Numbered from the whole stretch's first letter, positions 1 to 10,832 are shown. The stretch: DNA of 61,870 bases, filler included, from Circinaria calcarea (GCA_051942165.1; 21 parts of 21 records of this genome joined end to end with filler, not necessarily neighbours in it); one strand, 5' to 3'. The notes: a model not told the origin generated them from the sequence alone. A program made the numbers and translations.

Positions 1-37
1 CATCGATGGGCCCAAAGGATCCTTTTCGGTCGCTTTC

Positions 38-805
38 TTGGCCGATGATCTTGACGAGTCGCTTTTTGGTCTGGATAAGGTTTTCCGTCCGTATATCAAG
101 TGCCGCACGAGACCGGAGCTCGTCACTGTGCGTCAGAATCAAAGCTCGGGGCAGTTATACAAGGATCCAGACATTGCACCGCAAAAGCCTTTGGAGGATA
201 TGGGTTCGTCACGTCGGGAAGGTCCCTGAGATGGGGCTGGGGATGCTGCTGCTTGCATATACTTGGCGTCAATGTTCTAGATGGTTTTTGATACGGCAAA
301 TATGTAAATGGCACACAATTTAGGCCATTATCGCGAGAATAGCACACGGATATCTAAAAATGCATATTGACATTTTCAGAAAGAATGGCTATTACTAAGG
401 TTATGATCTCAAGGTCAATACCGTAGTTGTCGTAATATCATTATCGTAATAAAAATCATTATCAAAACATTTGGGGAACACCGATGACGGCTGAGGAAAC
501 GATGCCACGGACGCAAAGGCCAACGATGGATGGGCGACGATGCCCCAGAAACAAAGGCAGATTATGGATGGGGAGACGATACAGCAGAAACAAAAGGAGA
601 CGACGGTTGGGGAAATAACACCACTGACACGAATGCTGATAACGGCTGGGGAAACGATGCCGCTGGTACACAGGCAGACTATGATGGCTGGCGCGATGAC
701 TCCGCTCCTGCCACCCAGAAGAGGAACCAGCCGCCGGTCAAAAAAGCGTCCAAAAAGGAGCCCCAGCCACCCGAAGGTGACTGGGGCACGGACAATACAT
801 GGTAG
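38..805 (+). pseudogene. Decayed ORF ending in an acidic GWG-repeat domain
   Basis: ORFs 38-229 and 530-805 are separated by sequence with scattered stops. The repeat has an in-frame TGA (492-494) where other units have TGG, and a 1-bp deletion near 531-535. Whether 38-229 belongs to the same gene is uncertain. Confidence 0.45.
483..715 (+). repeat. 39-bp coding tandem repeat, about 6 units, encoding D(D/N/Y)GWG(N/D)DxxxTxA
   Basis: Unit starts at 483, 522, 560, 599, 638, 677: DDG*GNDATDAKA / NDGW(fs)DDAPETKA / DYGWGDDTAETKG / DDGWGNNTTDTNA / DNGWGNDAAGTQA / DYDGWRDD. Confidence 0.9.
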
Positions 806-1938
806 GTGATCTGACAGAGAAACGAGGGAAAATACGGACACTTATTTTATTGATTGCAACAGGCTCACTAGCCGGGCCATATGGGGATCGCTGATTACCG
901 GCTTGCCTCTCATAGCCTGCTACTGTCAGGACGGATGCTGTCCTTTAGCAAAGAGTGTAAGATGGTGGTAGCAACAGCGATGATCACCTTCTATTTCCCA
1001 TTTCCGTTGTCGTCCTCGCCCGCGGCCCGAAGACGAAAAGCCTTTTGACCTTCTTCTATTGGCCTTACTCGTTGTTGGCCGAGAGAATGAGGTCATTTCT
1101 TTTATACCCTTACGTTCTATTTTTCCTTACCCTGGTTTCACCCGAGACCCCCGGACGGGGGTTTCGGGGGCTTTAGGGGGCGGAATCAATCGTAGGACTT
1201 GGTGGGGGGTCGTTGATTTTGCAGTAGATGAGGCGGATGGAGGTGAAAAGGGCGAGGTCCCAGCAGAGACGTCTGTAGAGCTCGTTTGGGTATGGCTCTT
1301 CGAGACTGTTGACCGAGAAAATAAGATTATTTTTAAATCCCCCTGCGTTTTATTTATTTTATTACCCTGGTTCTACCCCCAGACTCTGCCAACAGAGTCG
1401 CGGGGGCTTAGGGGGTGGAATAAAATATGAGACTTCCAAGGACTATTTGCCGAGAAAATCAAATTATTTCTTTTATACCTATACGTTGTATTTCCTTGCT
1501 ACCCTGGTTTCTGTTGGAAGTTATAGGGCTTACCGACGCATGTGTTGCGTAGGAGGTCCGTGCTCAACACTTCCATACACCATAAAAGCACTTTTTCGCT
1601 GCCTAGATCGCTTAGGTAGTTACATACTCAGGTTAGCAATGCAACCACACATTTGCTGCTCAACATAGCACTGGGTAGGTCTCAAGGGAGTTGGGTATAC
1701 TATCGTGATGAAAACGATATGCAACAAATGAGGTTCTGTTTAGGAAATCTACAAGTCGATTAGGTGCATTATGAGATATTGGGAAAATAAAAGTTATTGC
1801 CGAGAACATGTTTTTCTACAACCCAAAGTTTTGCACAATTGTTGTGGATCAGGAGACATGCAGTTGTCACCAGCTAAACTCTAATCTATCTTGCGCCCCA
1901 AACTTCTGCCCCTTTGCGTCTCAGTACAATCTTATAGT

Positions 1939-2866
1939 TCAGACGTCGGCAAAAGTCCATAGATCCGGCTCGTTCTTGACTCGTTGAATATTAATAATAG
2001 TTGCATTACCATACCGTCTACGCCCGTTTTCATTCATTTCTGGAACTCTCACCTCTATTCCAGACCCACTTCTTACTTTTTTACTTATTCTGGCTATGTT
2101 GACAGGACCGGCAGCTGCTGGAGGGGGGCTTCTTTTTGCTTTTTTAGGTGATTTCCTTGCAGAGAAAGCGTTTCCGGCTGCTCGGGCAACTGCCATGGCT
2201 GCACGGGCGACATTCATCAAGTTTGTGGCGCTTCCGCCGTCGGAAGAGTTTTCTGTCTCTGGCTGGTCTGCATCTTCTAGATTTTCGTTTGGTCCTCCGT
2301 CAGGTGGTGGTATATTCTCGTCTTCGTCGTCCTCCTCTTCTACAGGTCTTTTTCGTCTTGTTGAAGGCCCCGTTTGTCTTCTTGCTTCTCCAGCTGCTTG
2401 TCCTGGATCTGCGTCAGGTAAGGCTTCCTCGGCAGGTGGTGGCGGGCCCTTGAATTATATTAGAAGGGACTTTGTATCATACAGGCTTTATACTTGTGGT
2501 CCCGTTTCTAACGGTCGCTCTTCAGACGCCCTTTTCCAAGTCGGAGGATTGAACCTTCCATCTTCCATCACCACGGTATCATGGTCACCTAATTCAGCTT
2601 CGTACCAATCAGGCAGTTGGCGATACATGATTTCAGCACGCGCGTTTGCAAGGGGAACAACTAGGTCACGAAGAGCGTCAGATGACGGACGTTCGGCGTG
2701 AGACGGTGTTAGCGCTGTACGTAGGGTGTTTCGGAATATTCTTGAGAGATGTGGGGGAGCATCGTGAGGGTAGCGTGGGGTCTGAAAAGAATTCATCCTT
2801 GCTTGTGAGATGTCTTCGAAAGGGTCCTGCTCAACAATGTTGGCGATAGGTACTGGGGCCTTTTTT
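1939..2866 (-). CDS. Hypothetical low-complexity protein, 5'-truncated, one 45-bp intron (2493-2449)
   Basis: Frame is open from the contig edge through ORF 2488-2796. A GTATAA...CTAAT...AAG intron joins it in frame to GPPPPAEEALPD... and ORF 1939-2220. Confidence 0.55.
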
Positions 2867-2966
2867 NNNNNNNNNNNNNNNNNNNNNNNNNNNNNNNNNN
2901 NNNNNNNNNNTTAATTAATTAANNNNNNNNNNNNNNNNNNNNNNNNNNNNNNNNNNNNNNNNNNNN
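2867..2966. other. Artificial 100-bp contig linker (44N-TTAATTAATTAA-44N); first of 20
   Basis: Identical linkers start at 2867, 5833, 8795, 11756, 14717, 17678, 20637, 23594, 26551, 29505, 32458, 35410, 38362, 41313, 44255, 47196, 50134, 53072, 56006 and 58939. The 12-mer gives stops in all six frames. Intervening contig lengths never increase. Confidence 0.99.
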
Positions 2967-3529
2967 ACGCAATTGGCAAGCAGAATGCCAATGGTGATAC
3001 AGAATTGGTAGCCGGCCACCAATGCACCACGGACCTTCTTCGGTGCGATCTCCGACATGTAGAGGATGATAATGGCGGAGATAAAACCAACACCGGCACC
3101 CGCAATCAGCCGACCGACGACCATCACAGCGAGGCCGGTAGATGCAGTTTCGAGGATGCCACCGACGGAGAAAACGACGCAGCCGGCGATAATGGTCATC
3201 CGGCGACCGATGAAATCGGCAATATCACCAGCGATAATGGCACCGAAAAAGGTACCGGCGGAGAGGATCGAGGTTGTCAATGATTGATCCCGCGCGCTAA
3301 GATGAAAGGCCTTCTTCGCAACAGCATCGTCGGGGTCCGGATAAGGTAGACCGGTGTAGAGCCGGATGAAGTAGGGCATGCCCAAAACTCCCCCCATCCA
3401 GCCCGTGTCATAACCGAAGAAGATACCACCAAAAGCGGCGAAGGCGCACATGAGATATGCCTTCAGTGTCACCGGAGCCTCGACGCGCGACGTGTCGGTC
3501 GTCCCCGTGATGACTACTCCTCCACCCAT
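2967..3529 (-). CDS. MFS sugar porter (MstA/Hxt-like monosaccharide transporter), N-terminal part
   Basis: MGGG...RVEAPVTLKAYLMCAFAAFGGIFFGYDTG, DFIGRR, GRLIAG, YMSEIAPKKVRGALVAGYQFCITIGIL sugar-porter motifs. Cut by the linker. Confidence 0.95.
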
Positions 3530-3766
3530 GATGACGGTGAGGATGTGGTAAAGACTTGAAAGGGGGGGAAGGATCAAGAGCTGCACGCCGAGCACGGGCG
3601 GACAGAAGAAAACACTCGCGGAGAGTAGAGTAGTAGAGATGGAGCGGAGTAGAAGGTAAAGGCTCACAGGTACCTCAAGATTGGGGAAGCTGGAAACTTA
3701 TACCAATGCAATGCAGCAAAGCAGACTACCTACTCTCCTTCCCTCGCAACGAAGACGATTGGCCCA

Positions 3767-4023
3767 CTCCAGGCCTGCATGTCGACAGGATCCCATCGAA
3801 TGTCCCTCACCGGGGTAGCCGGGGGTCGGGGGTGAGATTGTCCGCTTGTGTGGAGGAGGTCTTGCGTGCTTTCGGCAGGTGCTCCGCCGATATTAGCAAA
3901 TCCTGGGGCTGTTTAGCAGCATGTACGAATTCCATGTAAGGTCCAGCATCACACCAGCCCCTGTGTCCAGGTTACACCACATGCCTCACGGCGCAAAAGG
4001 TGGATGCAGTTACCCTGCTCCAC
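3767..4023. promoter_or_regulatory. Cluster of putative CreA/Mig1 sites (SYGGRG) upstream of the sugar porter
   Basis: Matches at 3767-3772(-), 3810-3815, 3819-3824, 3850-3855, 3903-3908 and 4018-4023(-), 240-500 bp upstream of ATG 3529. The motif is short and degenerate. Confidence 0.4.
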
Positions 4024-5456
4024 TTGAAAGTGAATCAGTCACGAGTGAAAGGAGAAGATCCAGATGGCCATGGGCGGACAGGTGCCAGCATGGCTTGTAT
4101 TCCCCGAACTCCCACACGGGGTAATCAAGGAGAAGGCGGCCGAGTGTACGAAGGTTCCATTTTGCAGCCGGTGACCGTTAAAAGGGGAGATCAGTGTTGG
4201 CAGCAGTCGTATCTGTGCCGCCCAACGAAGCCGTGACCCGTGAGAGGGAAGCCAATCAAGAGGCAAATGGGGAAGCTTGTTTCCCAAGCATCTGATGGCA
4301 CTGGTAGCCTATCGGGTTGAGCCTACTAGCGCTGACTGATAATCGGCCCGGAAGATAAATGCTGGCCAGTCATATTTTACGAGCGACGCCGAAGAGGTTA
4401 GTAGCTTCGAGCTTTTGCGGACAGACCGTTCGTAACTCGTGCAACCCCCAGACAAGGGGAAGAGCGCATCGGCCGGCTATGCATCAATAGAACCACATTC
4501 ATCCAGCGGCATGGAAATCCCGCTACTGCGCGCTCCCGTTATTCTAGAAGGGAGGCTACTACGCCGAAAACGATTGGTCAGGCCCTCTGCGAGCAATATC
4601 CCTCACCCTCCGTACTTCCACCTCGCCTGAAACCCCCTACGCTCAGGCCCCGATCCAATCACCAGGAGGGATGGGGGATGCTGACAGAAGTACGTGTGAG
4701 AATCGTGGTGCCGTCCTTGCAGAGGGGGGAATAAAATAATCATGGAGTCGCAAATCGGAGAGTGGATGCCCCGGCGTCCCACGCTGATCCAGCTACCGTG
4801 TCCCGGTTTGACAAATACCAAGGGCCGAACTGTATGGGATCTGCGGTAGAATTCGTGAAATGGTGGCTACCGGGGCTACTCCGTACGAGTATCCGTTCCC
4901 CAGCCCGATCGGAAAATGCCAGTCCAGCCTCCTCTATCAGCTTCGACGCTATGACCACTGTCAAGCCGACTTGGCCCTTTCGACCCTCACAACCAAGGAA
5001 CCCACAACGCACGCTGCCTGAAAGCCAACTTACCTCTTGCCTCGATTACTTTCGGACTAGAATGCAAGTACTAAGGTACTCAGACGCAGCTTGAAATTGA
5101 ACCTGCCCCCTCCCTGCACTAGTGAAATGATTGGCATGCTTTTAGCCGGACTAGCCTGTCCTTCACATTCATGCACGTCTGGGCTAAGCTTCCCTTGGCG
5201 AACCGAGATCTGGGGATGTACAGTTACATTCTCGGTAGGGCGGGGAGAGTACAGTAGGACGAGAATTGGAGGAGCTCCCGGTAGCGCATTAGGAGTGAGT
5301 GAGCAGAGCGGGCCGCAAGAGCGGGCGTACAAGTAGCAACGCATCTGTCTTCGTGTCAAGGAAGAGAATCGAGATTGCACCTCTGTACAACAGGAACTAG
5401 ACGTTGCTTCCATTCCCACTAGCTGCTGTCTATCTGTAATGAGATTTCCTGCATAT

Positions 5457-5832
5457 TTATAGTGTGTATATAAAGTCCGGCCTGCCAAAAGTTAGCTAGC
5501 CCTGTAGGAAGAGAGAAAGGGGGCCGAGCCGACCTTTTATCACCCAATAACTCGATTTCCTTCTCGCTCTTGCCCACGACCCAGGTATCTCGCTTGCCAG
5601 CCACCCTCTTGGCATTTTCTGTCCTGAGTAGCACGTAGTGCAGGACACTTCCTCCTAGGAGAAACACAACCAAATATCCCATAACCACGCCATGGCCGGG
5701 CGTGTAGTTCGGAGCATCTTGAGCTCGGTAGATGTTGCTGCTCACCACGCCGTTTAAATTTCCCCAACCAATGACTATCCCCAGCACGACGCCCCGCTTG
5801 TAGACACCCTCGGTATTGTTACTGACCCAGGA
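5457..5832 (-). CDS. MFS transporter, allantoate/nicotinate (Dal5/Tna1, ACS) family, C-terminal part
   Basis: WVSNNTEGVYKRGVVLGIVIGWGNLNGVVSSNIY...LRTENAKR...LGDKR, then an intron (about 5533-5482) and PDFIYTL*, the typical family C-terminus. Confidence 0.92.
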
Positions 5833-5946
5833 NNNNNNNNNNNNNNNNNNNNNNNNNNNNNNNNNNNNNNNNNNNNTTAATTAATTAANNNNNNNNNNNN
5901 NNNNNNNNNNNNNNNNNNNNNNNNNNNNNNNNAGTTTCTCCCGGAG

Positions 5947-6490
5947 TGTAAGGGCGCTGTAATCCTTGGGGCTTATTAAAGAATATAATAAGTCCCGATT
6001 AATGATAACACGGTTATATAAAATATAATTAAATTATTATTTTAAATTTAATATTAAAAAATAATATTAAATACGATCTATAAATATATTATTCTAAAGA
6101 ACGCGGAATAATTTATTTAAATTGAAATACGGTGCATTCCTAATAGCTAATTACCATGACTGTAGTTATGGCACCCAATGGGGCTTAGCGTAATAGTGGC
6201 AGTATATTTCTGCCAGCAGAGCGTAGCTAGTTAGACAACCTTCAATGCAATAGTGGTTCCACCAACAGGTCGTGTAGTGACACTCACCCATATTAACAAA
6301 CTATTTATATAATATTAATATTTTTTAATAATCCCTCTGTTCCCTAGGATCCCTAGGAGCCACCGGGAACATAACACGTGACGTGCTCCCACCGCTCCCT
6401 GCCAAGCCCTGGGAGCACCTGGGAGCCCTCGGCCCCTGGTTCCTCCGTTCCGGCACTCGGCCTGCCAGGGTATGGCGTCGCGCCATAACA
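5947..6490 (+). mobile_element. LTR-like element family 1, copy A (heavily C>T/G>A mutated)
   Basis: Starts TGTAAGGGCG and ends CGCCATAACA (8/10 inverted match). The first ~165 bp align to 44435-44603 mostly by transitions, and the 3' end motif is shared. No TSD seen. Confidence 0.7.
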
Positions 6491-7187
6491 ATGACCAGCG
6501 TCCCCTCCAAAAAAAAAAAAAAAAAACTCTAGTCATGTATAAGTACAAGGGTTTTCAAGTTTCTGAACCGATGTGTTCCCCAACGCATATCTAAAACGTA
6601 TATAAACCATAACCGGTTATGATATTACTTAAAATACTTGCGGCAACTAACTGTCAAAATCCAGTCCAGTTCCAGTCCAGTTTCCGAGCTGCTCACAAGC
6701 TTCCCAAGTTGGGGTAACTGGGAATGGGTTGAGGATAAGAGTTAAGCTCCTTTTCTAGATTTCTGCTAAAGTTGACCTTTTGAGATGGATATAATGTGAG
6801 AGGGGATCAATGTAAGGGGATTAGCGAACTTGCGCCGGCGGAAAAGCTCCTCATTTTCATGATTTCCATAGTCTTGAGGTGGATCATAAGGTGATAAACA
6901 TTTGAACCGAGAGACTCATGCTGATTGGGCTCTGTATACATTACTTGGTCAGGCTTGATCGCCTCGGATTAACATATGCATTTGCGGGAAACATGATGTA
7001 GGTTTTTGTAATTCATATACTGCCTTGATCGGCACCTAAGCTATATATGATAGACATCCTGTAGCCAAGTATGTCCCCTCCTAGGTTTCAGTGGTTTGAA
7101 CTTATGTATCCCGTGGACTCAGTCAGTGAACCTCTCAGTGAGAGCCATTATCTCTCCATTCCCCGACTGCACCGAAAGCAAAGAAGG

Positions 7188-7782
7188 CTAATTTGAGAAT
7201 TTTTCGGGTGCTTTCTTTCTGTAGTGGAGAAGACATTAGCCTCAACATAACAGATATGCCCCGCCTCTTGCCGTATCCAGATGTGTATGTTCTCAACCTT
7301 AGATCTGCTACCATCATAACTCGTAGCCTCCTTGACTCGAAAGAATCCAGGAAATTCTCTCAGAAAATAGCCACATACCCAGTAGCTTTCTCAAGCACGC
7401 TCCTCGCGCCGTCGGTGATCTTCTCATTCATCCCACGCTGTTTCGCTGGGTCGACACTTCCTCCGCCAAACTTCTTCTCGACAGCGTCAAGACCTGGAAG
7501 GTGATTTGTTAGTCGATTGACTATGGAGAGGAGCAAAGGAGAATGAATCGCGGGGAGAGGCGGGGATTTGCCAAGGAATAAGAAGAAGAGGGGATGGCGA
7601 GGAGAGGAGACAATGGAGAATCCAATGCAAAGGTAAGAGCCGAGTAGGTAAAGTACAGCAAACCTTCCGTCTCGCCTGGTGGGTAAAGTAAATAGTAAAG
7701 GGGAAAAGATAGGTCACGACATACCCTTATCCATATAGTCTTCCTGGCCAGCGTTATTGGAGCCTTGCGGTTGGGTATTCAT
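7188..7782 (-). CDS. Small conserved fungal hydrophilic protein, 67 aa, 3 exons (absent from the ORF track)
   Basis: Exons 7782-7725, 7493-7379, 7218-7188 with GTATGT donors, CTAAC/CTAAT branch points and CAG acceptors give MNTQPQGSNNAGQEDYMDKGLDAVEKKFGGGSVDPAKQRGMNEKITDGARSVLEKATGKKAPEKFSN*. Confidence 0.9.
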
Positions 7783-8179
7783 GGTTGCGATTGCCAATCG
7801 AGATATGTGTGTGATATGAAGTTGAGATTATATGAAGGTTGTCTGAACACAGACAAACAGCGCGAGGATGGATGAGGAAGAAGTACACGGGGGCCCCTTC
7901 GCGTTCCTTGATTCCTCGGATAAGAATAAGCGGGGTTGGATGATGCACGTCATCTCGCATTTCAGGGTTAAAGGTCGAGACCGCTCGGGCTGGACCCCCA
8001 CGAACCCCGGTCTTGGCGAACGGCGATTAGAATTGGAGGCAACGTACATGAGGATGCATGAAGGAACCAAAGGGCATCGGATTCGTCAACCATGATCTGG
8101 TAAGAGAGCAACAAGGGAGGTGGGAAGAGAACAAGAAGAACACGGGACAGCCCGCTCTAGACCATGGCATTGGCTGTAA

Positions 8180-8794
8180 TCAACAAAGCACAAAAGTCTC
8201 TTGCCTTGGACGTCTTTCTGGTTCATCTTGGCCCAGTGTACCATTAAAGTATTGCATAGCTTCCCCAGACATGTAAGCATGGATGAAGCAATCTCCAATG
8301 AAACGCCACGAATTGTCCCCGAAGACCTTCCGAAGTACCACGGGATGTGGACAGCCAAACAGAATGCACACAACATCCCCGGGTTTCATGGCTCGAGGTC
8401 TGAAGTAGCTGGAGATCCGATGGTACTTCTCCCCTCTTCGCCAGATGGATCGCGATGCGGCCTCTCTTGCGGTCTGTCTCATGAGTATACCTAGACTTTC
8501 CTCACCGCCTTGGGAGTGGAGCTGTTCTACAATGTCAATTTGAAAGCCTTCAACCGTCAGGGTGTTGAGATCCCCGGAGAAAGAGGCAACAGCGGTGGTA
8601 TCACCGGCGGCTCTATAAGATACCGTTAAACTTCCAGCTGGTCTACTCTCGGTAATTTCCTGCTTCGACATTGTATCTCTTTCCGAGGTCCAAGAATCTT
8701 CTATCGGCGCCGTACTCCAGTCGGGACACCAAGATGGAAGCTCTGCCAGCTCCGGCACCCACTGTACGGTATGTTGGGATCTGCAAACAACGCC
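8180..8794 (-). CDS. HET-6-like heterokaryon incompatibility protein, C-terminal part
   Basis: LPSWCPDWS, GDVVCILFGCPHPVVLR and WRFIGDCFIHAYMSGEA motifs typical of HET-6-like C-termini. 5'-truncated. Confidence 0.85.
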   Translation of the reverse strand, partial: GVVCRSQHTVQWVPELAELPSWCPDWSTAPIEDSWTSERDTMSKQEITESRPAGSLTVSYRAAGDTTAVASFSGDLNTLTVEGFQIDIVEQLHSQGGEESLGILMRQTAREAASRSIWRRGEKYHRISSYFRPRAMKPGDVVCILFGCPHPVVLRKVFGDNSWRFIGDCFIHAYMSGEAMQYFNGTLGQDEPERRPRQETFVLC

Positions 8795-8951
8795 NNNNNN
8801 NNNNNNNNNNNNNNNNNNNNNNNNNNNNNNNNNNNNNNTTAATTAATTAANNNNNNNNNNNNNNNNNNNNNNNNNNNNNNNNNNNNNNNNNNNNCATAAA
8901 TCCATACTACACAAGTGCTTGTCACACAACCAACCCCACCTTCCCACCAGA

Positions 8952-9356
8952 ATGTCCTCACAAACTCCCGAGCCCCCAACCAACAACATGGGCCTCCTCA
9001 TCTCCACCCACACGCTCGGCCCCTCCATCATCGCCCGCCACAACACCCCTGCCGCTATCCTCGACGCGTCCGAGCTCTCCCTCCTGCGCTCCTTCTGCCT
9101 CGACCCGTCCCGGAAAGACACCATCCTCCGCGAACACGACGTGGTTGACGACCAAGGCCAGCTCCGCGAACACGACATGGTTGACACCCAAGGCCAGGGA
9201 GTGGGCATCAAGGCGCAGCGGGGAGTTAGTTTGGCGGGCTATGTCATTGGAAGACATGGGACTGAGCGGCCGGCGCTGAGTGAGGAGGAGGTGGGGATGT
9301 TGAGGGAGTGGTTTGAGAGTGGGGGGCGAGCGACGGAAGCGGGTTGTGAGTCGTGA
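8952..9356 (+). CDS. Hypothetical protein (134 aa) with an internal 12-aa duplication
   Basis: GC3-rich intronless ORF. A 36-bp tandem duplication at 9126-9197 encodes LREHDVVDDQGQ/LREHDMVDTQGQ. Confidence 0.7.
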   Translation: MSSQTPEPPTNNMGLLISTHTLGPSIIARHNTPAAILDASELSLLRSFCLDPSRKDTILREHDVVDDQGQLREHDMVDTQGQGVGIKAQRGVSLAGYVIGRHGTERPALSEEEVGMLREWFESGGRATEAGCES

Positions 9357-9865
9357 GTTGGGGAGTGGTGGCACGTAGGCATGCTGGTTTCTTGGGAGTT
9401 CTTTGGCGGTTGCACTCTGGCTGCTGGACTAGGCAATATCTTGATCTTTGTTCCCGTTGCAGGCGGGCTGTTTTGTGGAAAAGGAGAGACTAGGCCAGAT
9501 ATTCGGATATTATGAACTCAAAGGGTGGAGGTCCGATAAGGCTTCTTGAAAAATCTGTGCTGCATGACCATAGGTTTGGTGGAGTTATCGGGTCCAAGAT
9601 GATGGATAGTGTGACGCTGCTTGCTGTACATCATTCGAAGGAAACCTACTGAGTCCTTGCATAGCGGAGTAATTCTTCCTCAATGAGTCGGTCGAGCTGT
9701 CTAGAATCTGTAGGTTTCGCTGTTGGGTAGCTTCTTTTTTCTGCCAGAATACCAGAATATGGGGCGATAGAGCTGCAGCAGGATGAGAAGGCTATATACC
9801 TCGACGTGCCAAGTGATGAAAAGTTTGTCTGCCGGATCTCGAAGTCTCGAGTGTCGGAGGGACTT

Positions 9866-10011
9866 TTTTGCGTGGGAAATTCAAAGTTCTCGGCGCTAAA
9901 GAAGTCCCTGCGACGCTAAAGATTTCCCACGCCAAATTTTTGCGTAGGAAATTGAAAGTCCCCCCGGCACTAAAGAAGTCCCCCCGGCGCTAAGGATTTC
10001 CCACGCCAAAA
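9866..10011. repeat. Tandem pair of ~72-bp hairpin units with 15-bp terminal inverted repeats
   Basis: Each unit is TTTTGCGT(G/A)GGAAAT...ATTTCCCACGCCAAA; units 9866-9936 and 9937-10011. Confidence 0.85.
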
Positions 10012-10832
10012 TTCTATACTGGGTCGCCTGCATATTAAATGTTAGCCTGAGTTATCGACCAAATCGAGTATTTCCAGCAAAAGCTGTATGAATTCATAGA
10101 AAAAGGAGGTGTAATATGGAGGATATCGTCCGTGTATATCCCAGCTCTCTACATAAAATCAAACTGTGGTTTGGACCTTTCATAATGATTTGCAGCAGGA
10201 CCACGCTAACATCTATAATGCCTCAGACCACAGTGCTGGGAAACTGAGTCCCACAGGCGCTGAGGTTTCCCACGCGGGAATTGCGGCATTAAACTCTGTC
10301 CAAGCAAAATTCATCATCACCCTCCATTATGCTTGCAGACTCTGTGCCGCAGCTTTACTCGCAGCAAAGTTGGGGGGGGACCCTTGATGGTAGAGTTTGA
10401 TAGCTGACTGCACCCTCTACGTTTCTATTTCCAAGTCTTGGCCATCAATGGCAGCCTTCCGGAGGATTTCATAGGTTACCATACATCTCCTCGAATAAGC
10501 AGTCAATCTGCTCCCTCACCCAGAGCTACTACAAAAAAGCCGTCATTCTCCGCGCTTTTCCAGGGCGGCAATCATGGGAGAAAGCAACCAAGGCTGAAAT
10601 CACAGAGTATTTGAGAATTCCTCTCAATGTTGTGTTGCAGTGTCCCGATTCCGTGCGATGTAATTACCCCATTAGATTGAGTACTTCCATAAGGGGGGTT
10701 ACTTTCAGTTTGGAGAAAATGTTTTTACAAAGTGAAGCATTCAGCTCCTGCACGTTCGAAAGTAAAGGAGCCTTTTTTCCTTCTTCGCATCCCTCTTCTT
10801 TCTCTTGACCTCTCTCTTCTCTCAAAGGGCAA

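Noticed and set aside
2096..2701. 201-aa plus-strand ORF and similar antisense ORFs (16583-17050, 19496-19864, 29698-30132, 43458-44207, 56293-56841)
   Set aside because: Mostly shadows of opposite-strand coding or decayed sequence, with no independent motifs.
2911..2922. Regularly spaced TTAATTAATTAA palindrome as a biological repeat or CRISPR-like array
   Set aside because: Always embedded in 44+44 N. It is a six-frame-stop assembly linker, and ORFs ending in X...LIN are artefacts.
6509..6526. Poly(A) run as a LINE/SINE tail
   Set aside because: No TSD or retroposon body identifiable next to it.
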